From IMG/VR virus record IMGVR_UViG_3300027807_000001, positions 147,285-210,348 of that record: a stretch of 63,064 nt of DNA; one strand, given 5' to 3'. The notes under the pieces were generated by a model. It ran no database searches. It had not been told where the DNA came from and saw nothing but the letters and a program-made list of their open reading frames with translations. The translations under genes were made by a program, and so were the position numbers. Below are positions 46,904 to 55,558 of the stretch, in pieces (within the stretch, counting starts at the first letter, position 1; each line of letters starts with the position of its first letter). This DNA comes from a virus. Lineage: Duplodnaviria; Heunggongvirae; Uroviricota; Caudoviricetes.

Positions 46904-47746
46904 TTATAAATTGAACGATTGGTTAATTCCGCCCGGGGTAGTAATTCTGCCTGAAACACCTGTCAATGAAGAATTCAGAGGAGTAATATCTTCATCAAGC
47001 CACTCTGCATACAGGTGCATCATAACTCCCGAAGTGTAGTACCAACGGTCATTTTCAAATTTACGTCTATCAGCAAGGATCGAAGTACGAAGGATACCTA
47101 TACCGTTATTAGCTAAGTCATCCGTTATGATCTTGAACTTTTCGTACAGACGATCTACTAGCTGATCGCGCGTTATCACATCCAGCGCAGTCGCCTCTAT
47201 CGTTACATTGATATCCATAGGAGCGCCCCTGCGCTCGCTCTGGTTACCATTTTTATCTGTAAACTCTTCAAAAAAATCTTCTTGTATAAATCGATGCTCT
47301 TCACCGCTGGCAGTCATTACGTCAATCGTAGGCAAAGAATAATAATCTTGGGGCGTCGCATCATTAATTGTAATTGCAGTACAATCAAAATTTACAGATA
47401 CGTCTGTATTGAAACTTAAAGTCGCTGCCGCATTGGTTGCGCCGAGATAATTCGTCGTCAATTTAAGCTGAGTGTCACTAGCAATATATTGAACGTAATA
47501 GGTGTTAGTGTCTCCGCTAATTTGCACCATAGCACCGGTATTAAGCGACTTAGTAAAAGTAGTTCCAACTCCCTCGACTACAGGCGTATTTGCAACAACA
47601 CTAACTGTTCCTGGAATTGATTGGTATGCAGCATTTTGCACGTAAGTGTACAGTGGATCATACGAAAACTGTCGGCGAATATTTAAAACAATTGCATCCC
47701 TTACACGCTTGATAATAATTGGGCCAAGCCAAGAATATTCAGCCAT
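46904..47746 (-). CDS. Tail completion/terminator-like protein with inserted module
   Basis: LPTI.V, I...A.D...RDQLVD; immediately upstream of sheath. Confidence 0.6.
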   Translation of the reverse strand: MAEYSWLGPIIIKRVRDAIVLNIRRQFSYDPLYTYVQNAAYQSIPGTVSVVANTPVVEGVGTTFTKSLNTGAMVQISGDTNTYYVQYIASDTQLKLTTNYLGATNAAATLSFNTDVSVNFDCTAITINDATPQDYYSLPTIDVMTASGEEHRFIQEDFFEEFTDKNGNQSERRGAPMDINVTIEATALDVITRDQLVDRLYEKFKIITDDLANNGIGILRTSILADRRKFENDRWYYTSGVMMHLYAEWLDEDITPLNSSLTGVSGRITTPGGINQSFNL

Positions 47747-47750
47747 GTGT

Positions 47751-48345
47751 TTATATTAGAGGATTTGTATCTGATGGGATAGGCGGAACAATTGGACAAG
47801 TAAGCCCAGTCTGATTATCCGCTAATCCTGCAATCGGGATCTGATAAATAATATTATTTCGTTCAATCTCAGTAGTATTAAAAGTAAAATGAAGGATATG
47901 ATGGCGCCACTTGGACACATCTACTTCTGTAATCCATAACCTCTGGTTATTCCGGCGAACGATAAAATCTTTATTATTCAGCTGGGGCTCCCAAAGAGCC
48001 CAGTTGCCTACCGCGTTAAACGTGCGGCGCAGGCCCTGATCATACTGCGTGATAACCTGAGGAACAGTGCCACTCTTTAAACTTACAAAAATATCAAAAG
48101 GTCCGTAATATCCACCAACGAAAGGAGTGCCGTACCCAATAGTATCGTTCGGTACTTCTCTAACAGTTCGTCTGATCGGATCATAATTGGGAGATAACGT
48201 GCCTGAATATAAGCGTTTATAAAGAAGAACTCTTTCGCCGCCGACTGCTAGCATCCAGCGCAGCTTTTCTCTCATGTCAAAGGAACCTCGTTACGAGGGG
48301 GTCAACCCTATCTTCAACTGAGGGCAAGATTTGTAGGCAGCTCAT
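47751..48345 (-). CDS. Neck/head-closure protein; main ORF 47751..48275, possibly extended from ATG 48345 by a +1 frameshift
   Basis: GGERVLLYKR, YGT.FVGGYYGP, W...EP.L...DFIV; 22-codon upstream ORF ending CTT TGA C. Confidence 0.6.
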
Positions 48346-48346
48346 T

Positions 48347-48565
48347 TTAGAGAACCTCTCGGATCTTAACCAAGCAATCTACTAAATTTTTCTTAAGCAG
48401 TAAACTCGCGTTCGTACGAACTCCCAATGACCGCACAGCTACACTTTTCTTCTTTAGAAGCTGTTGAGCTGTTCTTCTTCCAATACCAAGAGCTACGGCA
48501 ACCTTCTGCACGGTTCCAAGTTCATCGTATAACTTCTGTAATTCTTCTTTAGTTAAGTGAGACAT
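48347..48565 (-). CDS. Small HTH protein
   Basis: LTKEELQKLY..LGT...VA.ALGIGRRT; TAATG-coupled. Confidence 0.6.
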   Translation of the reverse strand: MSHLTKEELQKLYDELGTVQKVAVALGIGRRTAQQLLKKKSVAVRSLGVRTNASLLLKKNLVDCLVKIREVL

Positions 48566-49131
48566 TATAGTTTAAGGTAGTTAATAACTATGTTACTATT
48601 TGCCGCAGGAGGGGCTGTGAACGTAAAAGACATTTGATCGGGATTTTCATTAAAATCTGTAGTGGGTAGCCTGTTAACACCATCGATAAAAACCTGCAGA
48701 GACCCGAATCTAAATAAATTAGCGGTTGTGAAAACGGTATTAGTGCCATTTACTAATCCACCCGGCACCTCACTAACAACAAGCGCATCGTACTGCAAGG
48801 TCGTCGCTCTAAATGGTTTTTCTTCAAAGTCATCGAAGGTTTGATCAGATACTGCGTTTGATTGCTGGATGTTGCTTTTATATCCAGTATTATCAACTGC
48901 TAGGACTTTATAGAAGAAAATAACTCCGAAAGTATAAGGAACTTTATCAATAAATTGGTAAGTAGGAGAAGCAACCTGTCCTACTTTTTCAAATCCCTGG
49001 TACTCCTGTGTCGATCTCCAAATCTCATAAACAGTAACTACTTCCTCAGGAGAATTAAGATCCCATTCAATCAGGAAGCGTCTTCCCGCTAGTAGATTTT
49101 CAACAGAGACATTAGAAACAACGCTTGGCAT
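48565..49131 (-). CDS. Fn3/Ig-like virion protein
   Basis: IEW...YEIWRS...FID....FYKV.AVD..G Fn3 pattern plus G.VNG.NTVFT...VFIDG module. Confidence 0.65.
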   Translation of the reverse strand: MPSVVSNVSVENLLAGRRFLIEWDLNSPEEVVTVYEIWRSTQEYQGFEKVGQVASPTYQFIDKVPYTFGVIFFYKVLAVDNTGYKSNIQQSNAVSDQTFDDFEEKPFRATTLQYDALVVSEVPGGLVNGTNTVFTTANLFRFGSLQVFIDGVNRLPTTDFNENPDQMSFTFTAPPAANSNIVINYLKL

Positions 49132-49132
49132 G

Positions 49133-49624
49133 TTAGATTGCCTTACTTAACATTCCCGAAGGAAGTTCTAAGATACCAAGATATGCCACTCTACTGATAT
49201 CATCCAAATATATAGAATCTCCCGCGAACAAGACTTCAGTAGCGCCGCTATTAGATTTAGAGTTAACCTCTGCTAATGTACCTGCAGGCAAACTAACCCG
49301 GAATTCTCCAATCTTCTCAACACTGCCAAACACGGGCCGATCTGAAATAAATAAGTTTCCCTGACTATCCTGGTAAACAGATTTATCGCAAGTAAATTCC
49401 GCTGATAACTCGATAGTATCCCCTATATTAAATGGAGATTCTGTCGCATAACGTTCAATGGAGATATCTTCAACACCGCCCATAGCTCTCGCCTTCTCTT
49501 TAAGAGTTTCTACGGTACACGCTTTGTCGGCGGCAATATGTACGTCCATAGTGACGCGAAATAGGCCACTAAGTTTCTGATCTCCCGACTCTTCTTTAGC
49601 GCTCAGCTTATTAAGTTTTTCCAT
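49133..49624 (-). CDS. Hypothetical protein
   Basis: 163-aa ORF, AGGAG RBS. Confidence 0.65.
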   Translation of the reverse strand: MEKLNKLSAKEESGDQKLSGLFRVTMDVHIAADKACTVETLKEKARAMGGVEDISIERYATESPFNIGDTIELSAEFTCDKSVYQDSQGNLFISDRPVFGSVEKIGEFRVSLPAGTLAEVNSKSNSGATEVLFAGDSIYLDDISRVAYLGILELPSGMLSKAI

Positions 49625-49894
49625 AGTCTCCTACTCGATATTATAAGTGCCCTATACTAAATCCCTTTAATTTTTCGCCTACGACAAATTAAGATTATTT
49701 ATGAAGATGATGAGGATTAAACACGCAATAAAATGAATAGAATGCTTTGGACAAGAGATGATTATAAAGAAAGCACATCGAACTACATCTTTGATACCGC
49801 GTGAAGCTGCCAATGCTAAAGACTCCGCCTCGCTTTGGCCGCTTTAGCAATATTCAAATCTCAAATATAATTAAGAATTTCCAGAATAAATGAG

Positions 49895-50440
49895 TTAAAA
49901 TGAGTTAAACAAGAAGCTGGACCCCAACGCAATTTTTAGGAATTGGCCTAATTGAGATTGGTACCTAGGAGTACCCAATCCACGACCACCCTGAGCAATA
50001 ACTCTTGTTTTTTTGTAATTCACGATCATACGCTCGTAGGCTTTTGTAGTATTAATTAAGGCGGTATTAATTTTAGAAGTTTGATCAATCGCGACAGTTA
50101 TACCCTGGTCACTCCAAGTAAAGTCATCAATTGTCGCTCCCATTTGCATAAAGATTTGTGCATACAAACTTCCGCCAAATCGAACGATAGGAACAATTGC
50201 CTCCGGTAATGAATGGAGAGTAAGATCTTCCGTAGGAGGGATTGCGTTAATATCCGCAACAACCGTCTCAAGAAACATCAACATCCTTTCATCGTTCGCG
50301 GTAGCGCGAAATCGTTCAGGCATGAGAGTCATCGCGTCTCGCACAATAATTCTTTCTCTTTCTGTCCACTTACGCTTCAATGGATCATCGTTGAGATAGC
50401 ATTGATAAGGATGATGACAAAAGTCATGATTAGGGTACAT
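49895..50440 (-). CDS. Head-tail adaptor-like protein
   Basis: DE.M..FL......IN..PP, F.WSD.GI.V.ID pattern; position upstream of neck genes. Confidence 0.55.
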   Translation of the reverse strand: MYPNHDFCHHPYQCYLNDDPLKRKWTERERIIVRDAMTLMPERFRATANDERMLMFLETVVADINAIPPTEDLTLHSLPEAIVPIVRFGGSLYAQIFMQMGATIDDFTWSDQGITVAIDQTSKINTALINTTKAYERMIVNYKKTRVIAQGGRGLGTPRYQSQLGQFLKIALGSSFLFNSF

Positions 50441-50451
50441 AAATGCCTCGG

Positions 50452-51198
50452 TTACGCATAGAATTCATCAACGATTATAATACCTGCGGCTCCATTTCCA
50501 CCATTAAACCCTGAAACGTTTACAGAGACTCCACCTGAGCCTCCAGCGCCAACAGTGTAAGTGTAAGTAGATGAGGGAGAATTAATAATCAATTCAACAT
50601 ATTCTCCAGATCCGCCTCCTCCTCCTCCGATATAATCGAGATCGTACGCTGCCCCTCCTCCCCCGGAACCAGAGTTAGTAGCTGCAGGAATTCCTGCGAT
50701 ATTAGCATTTGTGCATGCGACACCTGCTCCGGCGCCGCCGAAAGCAGAATTTCCTCCTGCACCTCCCATAGCGACATCAAAGTTTCCTGATTGAATACCC
50801 CACGACCCGTATGCTCCCGAAATTCTAAAAGAAGCAGAGCCGGATCCACTACTCCCTCCAGCACCCCCTGAGGCGGGTATATACCCAGAATTATTGCCAC
50901 ATGTTCCGCCTGATCCGTAATTAGCAGTTATGGAGTTAAAAGAGGTAGCAGTTCCATTTGCGCCATTATTAACATCGGGGCCACCTCCGCCACCCCCGCC
51001 GCCAACCATTCTAAGGCGCAATTGAACTGCCCCCGCGGGAGTAGTATACGTAGCAGATGTACCTGACGTTAATACTGTCCGTGTTGGATTAGTCGGAGTC
51101 TGCCAAGAAGCTGCAGACGAGGAAGTAGCCGTCAGCACCTGACCAGTAGTAGGAGCAGTTCCTGTCTGCGTTAGCAGAATCGGATGAATACTTGTCAT
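50452..51198 (-). CDS. Glycine-rich virion protein with fibre-repeat N-terminus
   Basis: APTTGQVLTATSSSAASWQTP then YTTPAGA...VGGGGGGG...GIIIVDEFY; start MTSIH at 51198. Confidence 0.7.
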   Translation of the reverse strand: MTSIHPILLTQTGTAPTTGQVLTATSSSAASWQTPTNPTRTVLTSGTSATYTTPAGAVQLRLRMVGGGGGGGGPDVNNGANGTATSFNSITANYGSGGTCGNNSGYIPASGGAGGSSGSGSASFRISGAYGSWGIQSGNFDVAMGGAGGNSAFGGAGAGVACTNANIAGIPAATNSGSGGGGAAYDLDYIGGGGGGSGEYVELIINSPSSTYTYTVGAGGSGGVSVNVSGFNGGNGAAGIIIVDEFYA

Positions 51199-51200
51199 AG

Positions 51201-51851
51201 TTAGACTGGGATCTCTTCCCAAACCATAGTAACGTTAAACGTCTGACCCGGAGCAGCAGTTCCTACAAACCATATCGCATTACCCGGAGTAAGAACAAGC
51301 GTTCCATCAAATGCATAGTTAGCACTAAATATCCCGGTTCCAGCGGTTGCAGATTCTTGAGAAAGTCCGAGATTCATTAGCCAGGTTGGGGCAGTCGTGA
51401 GAGTAGCCGCGGAAGGAGTAAACTTCATTGTGGAAACAGTTCCTCCGCCTAGGAGAGCAGATACTGGAGTACCTGCAGTAAAGGCCGAGATAGGGGCAGC
51501 TGTTCCTATTGCTGATCCTGCTGAGCCAGTATACGCCAATCCAATAGTTGCTACGACAGGAGTTCCTACTGTCGCAACTCCTAAGTTAGCATAGAGAATA
51601 GACGCGTTCTTCGTGTTACCTGATGGATTCCACAATCCAAAAGTCATAGCTGTACCCGAATAGACTGGAAGCGCTACTCCTGCAGCTGCTGTAGAGCCGA
51701 TAAAGGTATTACCGCGATAAGTCTGGGTATAGAATTTTCCGTGAAGGTCTGCTACGATAGTCTCTCCTGCTTTACCAGATAGAGCAGTATAAATCTGCCC
51801 GTCTGGTAAACTCTGACTAGGAACAGGTCCTACCTGTATTTGGTTTAGCAT
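51201..51851 (-). CDS. Putative virion structural protein
   Basis: A/G/T-rich beta protein in fibre cluster; GAGG RBS. Confidence 0.6.
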   Translation of the reverse strand: MLNQIQVGPVPSQSLPDGQIYTALSGKAGETIVADLHGKFYTQTYRGNTFIGSTAAAGVALPVYSGTAMTFGLWNPSGNTKNASILYANLGVATVGTPVVATIGLAYTGSAGSAIGTAAPISAFTAGTPVSALLGGGTVSTMKFTPSAATLTTAPTWLMNLGLSQESATAGTGIFSANYAFDGTLVLTPGNAIWFVGTAAPGQTFNVTMVWEEIPV

Positions 51852-51871
51852 GTGTTAATTTCCTCTAATTA

Positions 51872-52468
51872 TTAATTCCCCGAAGTTATACTATCTTCTG
51901 GGTAACTTGTCTCAAATTCTCTTCTCATTGCATCGAGATCTTCTCTAACGCCGTTTCCGTAAGCCTCTATGAAATTGTTTATCTTGAGTTCTATCAACAT
52001 CTGCTTTAATAGATCTAATAACGGAACTAAACTTCCAGGATTAATAGCAGTTTTAAGATTTCCCCGGGTGTCTAGCTGCAAAGACGCTTGTTGCCCATTT
52101 GACATCTGAATAGGGAAACTGTTAAAGTAGCCCCCAACAAGCGTCGAAGTAGCCCCTGGGGTACCTGGTAAAATAGTTCCATCAGATTCTAACGCAACAT
52201 CCGCTTCATATAAGATCATCAAAGTATCAGTAGAATTAAGCGCACTGCAGTTATATTGTACAACAACAGAAGTACCCGTCGTAGAAACTAATCCATAAGA
52301 TGTTCCAACTGCATACAAAATTTGGTTAGCTGTTACATCAATAATAGCATAGAGCTGTGAAACATTAAATGCAGTTGTATCCCCTGGGATCCCGCTAGGA
52401 ATTCCATAGAGATTGATTGTGTTTGTCGAAGGAGTAAAAGTGTATGCGGGGGTTATTGCTTGTTTCAT
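51872..52468 (-). CDS. Putative virion structural protein
   Basis: YTFTP....I...LYAIIDVT..QILY N-terminus; fibre cluster. Confidence 0.6.
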   Translation of the reverse strand: MKQAITPAYTFTPSTNTINLYGIPSGIPGDTTAFNVSQLYAIIDVTANQILYAVGTSYGLVSTTGTSVVVQYNCSALNSTDTLMILYEADVALESDGTILPGTPGATSTLVGGYFNSFPIQMSNGQQASLQLDTRGNLKTAINPGSLVPLLDLLKQMLIELKINNFIEAYGNGVREDLDAMRREFETSYPEDSITSGN

Positions 52469-52472
52469 TGTA

Positions 52473-55103
52473 TTAGCCGAATATTAATGCATACTGAATA
52501 TAAGGGGCAGTTTGCCACGTAGGAGCACTAGACCCGTTAGAAGTCAGCACTTGCCCACTGGTGCCAGCTGCAGTAAAGCTAGTAGAACTTGCACCAGTTT
52601 GGTAAGGAATTTCTCCTGCAGCCCCTCCCGTTAAATTAGATGCTGTTGTAGCAATGCCACTAGAAGCAGAACTGGCAACAAAGAAAGATAGAGTTGCCCC
52701 AGATACGGGAGCAGTATTAAAGGTAACGGATGTAGTAGACGTCTCAGTGTAATCTACTGAGACAGTCATGAGTACACCGTCATTATACACCAACAAAGAG
52801 CTATTTCCTGTCACGTAAGAAGGGGTAGTAAACACAGTGGTACTTCCCGTTCCTGTTGCGGATGAACGGCTATATGTAGCGCTAGAGGAAGGTTGCCAAG
52901 AAGCTGCTGTAGAAGAAGTAGCCGTTAATACTTGTCCACTGATTGGAGCCGTAGCCCCCGAAACCACTACGGTTGTAGTAGCAGACGCTAAACCGCTAGC
53001 AGCTGTAGCAGTTGCAGCATTTCCAGTCGTGTTTGCTGCGTTATTAGGAATATCTCCTGAAGTTAAAGTTCCCCACACAGGCGCTGCAGAAGCGGATCCT
53101 GTACCCGTTTGGGTTAAAAAGTTTTTAGTAGTAGAGGTATTTCCCGCTAGGCGAGTAGCTGCAGGCGAAGCATTTTCATAAATAATATCTCCCAATGTGG
53201 TCATTGGGTTAGTAAACCCACTTGAAGGAGTCTGCCAAGTAGCTGCCGTAGAGGAAGTAGCCGTTAATACTTGGCCGCTGCTAGGAGCAGTAGCAGAAGA
53301 CACATTAACAGTTGTCGTAGCAGAGGCTAGTGCATTAGCAGTTGCTGCAGTTCCGACAGTCAAAGAAGATTGATTTGCCCAAGTAGGAACAGATGTGCCC
53401 CCAGAAAGCAAAACTTGTCCACTGGTACCCGCTGCAGTAAATCCCGTTGTGTTAGCGGCAGACTGCCAAGGAATTTCGCCAGCTGCTCCAGCAGCCAAGT
53501 TAGTAGAGGTAGTAGCGGTTGTGGCATTGCCTGTAATATTAAAGCTGCCTGTACCCGTTAAATTAGTAACAGCGAAGGTCGGTGTATTAGTCCAAGAGGG
53601 TGCTCCGCTATTGCCATAAAGAACTACATTAGCTCCAGGCGCTGCAATATAAGAAGTAGTTGAAGATGCTGATTGATAAGGAATAGAATCAACAACTGCC
53701 CCACTTAGATTGGTTGCGGTTGTAGCAGAAGTAGCTGATCCTACGGCCAAGGAGGATGGAGAAGTCCATGTAGGTGTTGAAGTTCCCGCAGAGGTCAAAA
53801 GCTGACCAGTTGTACCAACAGTGGTGAACCCGCTTGTTCCGCTTCCTGTTTGGTAAAGAATCTCTCCGGCTGAACCGCCCGCTAAGTTAGTAGCAGATCC
53901 AACTGATAGTGCGGATTGGGAGGACCAAGTAGGAGAGCTAGTCCCTCCTGATAGAAGTACTTGACCTGACGATCCAGCAGATGTGAACGATGTTGCACCT
54001 GAACCAGTCTGATACAGAACTTCACCAGCTGCACCGCCTGTTATATTGGCAGATGTGGACGACGATCCTACAGAAAGAGAAGACTGAGATGTCCAAGTAG
54101 GCGCCGATGTTCCTGCTGAAGTCAGCACTTGCCCGCTGGTGCCAGCTGCAGTAAAGCTAGTCGCACCTACGGCAGATTGCCATACGACTTCCCCGGCGGC
54201 GCCTCCTGACAAATTAGCTGCTGCTCCTGGAGATTGCCAATTAGCTGCCGTAGAAGAGGTAGCAGTTAATACTTGTCCAGAAGAAGGGGCAGTGGCGCTA
54301 GAAACCACTACGGTTGTAGTAGCAGACGCTAAACCGCTAGCAGCTGTAGCAGTTGCAGCATTTCCAGTCGTACTCTGATTTAGAGTTGGAAATGATGTCA
54401 TATTAGCAGCAGACACCGTCGGTGCAGACGTCCACGTAGGCGCCAGAGTCCCATTACTTTGCAATAGCTGATTGCTGCTGCCGGCTGAAGTAAACCCAGA
54501 AGTACTAGCAGCAGACTGCCAAGGAATTTCTCCTGCAGCCCCTCCCGCTATGTTAGTTGCTGTTGTGGCAGTGGATGCATTTCCTGTAGTATTAAAGGCA
54601 CCCGTTCCTGTTAAATTAGTGACGGCAAATGTAGGCGTGTTTGTCCAAACAGGCGCTCCGCTATTGCCATAAAGAACTACATTAGCTCCAGGTGCAGATA
54701 TAAAGCTAGTTGTATTAGCAGCTGTTTGGTAAGGAATTTGATCTGCTGCGCCGGAAGCGAGATTAGTAGAGGTACCTACAGTTAGCCCCGATTGGTTTAG
54801 CCAGGTAGGCGACCCTGTTCCGCCCGACAAAAGTACTTGACCGCTTGTTCCCGCTGTGGTAAAAGAAGTTGTGTTAGCAGCAGACTGCCAAGGAATTTCT
54901 CCTGCAGCCCCTCCCGCTATGCCCAAAGCAGCCCCTATTGCTTGCCAAGTAGCTGTCGTTGCGCCTGTAGCTGTCAATACTTGCCCGGTAGAAGGAGCAG
55001 ACGATGCAGAAATATTAACAATGCTAGTAGCGCTAGCCAAACTGCTGGCTACGCTATTAGCACTTAACTTTCCTTCTAGTCTAGGGGATATTTCGCCAGC
55101 CAT
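52473..55103 (-). CDS. Highly repetitive S/T/A/G-rich fibre protein
   Basis: Many GGAAGEIP(W/Y)Q....T.F.AAGT.GQVL.S.G...PTW and AP.SGQVLTATSSTAA.WQ repeats. Confidence 0.75.
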   Translation of the reverse strand: MAGEISPRLEGKLSANSVASSLASATSIVNISASSAPSTGQVLTATGATTATWQAIGAALGIAGGAAGEIPWQSAANTTSFTTAGTSGQVLLSGGTGSPTWLNQSGLTVGTSTNLASGAADQIPYQTAANTTSFISAPGANVVLYGNSGAPVWTNTPTFAVTNLTGTGAFNTTGNASTATTATNIAGGAAGEIPWQSAASTSGFTSAGSSNQLLQSNGTLAPTWTSAPTVSAANMTSFPTLNQSTTGNAATATAASGLASATTTVVVSSATAPSSGQVLTATSSTAANWQSPGAAANLSGGAAGEVVWQSAVGATSFTAAGTSGQVLTSAGTSAPTWTSQSSLSVGSSSTSANITGGAAGEVLYQTGSGATSFTSAGSSGQVLLSGGTSSPTWSSQSALSVGSATNLAGGSAGEILYQTGSGTSGFTTVGTTGQLLTSAGTSTPTWTSPSSLAVGSATSATTATNLSGAVVDSIPYQSASSTTSYIAAPGANVVLYGNSGAPSWTNTPTFAVTNLTGTGSFNITGNATTATTSTNLAAGAAGEIPWQSAANTTGFTAAGTSGQVLLSGGTSVPTWANQSSLTVGTAATANALASATTTVNVSSATAPSSGQVLTATSSTAATWQTPSSGFTNPMTTLGDIIYENASPAATRLAGNTSTTKNFLTQTGTGSASAAPVWGTLTSGDIPNNAANTTGNAATATAASGLASATTTVVVSGATAPISGQVLTATSSTAASWQPSSSATYSRSSATGTGSTTVFTTPSYVTGNSSLLVYNDGVLMTVSVDYTETSTTSVTFNTAPVSGATLSFFVASSASSGIATTASNLTGGAAGEIPYQTGASSTSFTAAGTSGQVLTSNGSSAPTWQTAPYIQYALIFG

Positions 55104-55112
55104 GAAATTACC

Positions 55113-55538
55113 TTAGAAGTTCTCCTGCATTGTAACAAAAGATAGTTGTTTACCGGAAGATACGGTAGAGGAAACAGCCGCTGTAATCGTTGCTCCAGAC
55201 GCTAGATATAGAAAAGTATTGCCATTCGCATCTCTAGGTAAAATCCCTAAGGTTGGATTAATTAGTAAGAGGGCGTTGAGAGTAGGGGCAGAGGTGCTAC
55301 TGCCCGTAGAGGCTGGAACACTAAACGTTCCGAGCACATATGTAGTAGAAGAAACCACTACATTGAGCGTCACGGTATAGGTGGCTGTATCTGTGTTAGT
55401 CACGAAGATAGCTTCTATCTTTGACCCATTGGTGCCAGGGGTTACTATTGTTTGAGCAGTAGTACCTGACGCATTATTAATAACCCCAACACCTGTTACT
55501 ATAGTCTGGGGATAAATTGGTGTTGCAGTTACTGCCAT
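55113..55538 (-). CDS. Putative virion structural protein
   Basis: MAVTATPIYPQT, G.NGSKIE.I; AGGAG RBS. Confidence 0.6.
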   Translation of the reverse strand: MAVTATPIYPQTIVTGVGVINNASGTTAQTIVTPGTNGSKIEAIFVTNTDTATYTVTLNVVVSSTTYVLGTFSVPASTGSSTSAPTLNALLLINPTLGILPRDANGNTFLYLASGATITAAVSSTVSSGKQLSFVTMQENF

Positions 55539-55558
55539 AAAATCTCCTCTCTGTTAGA

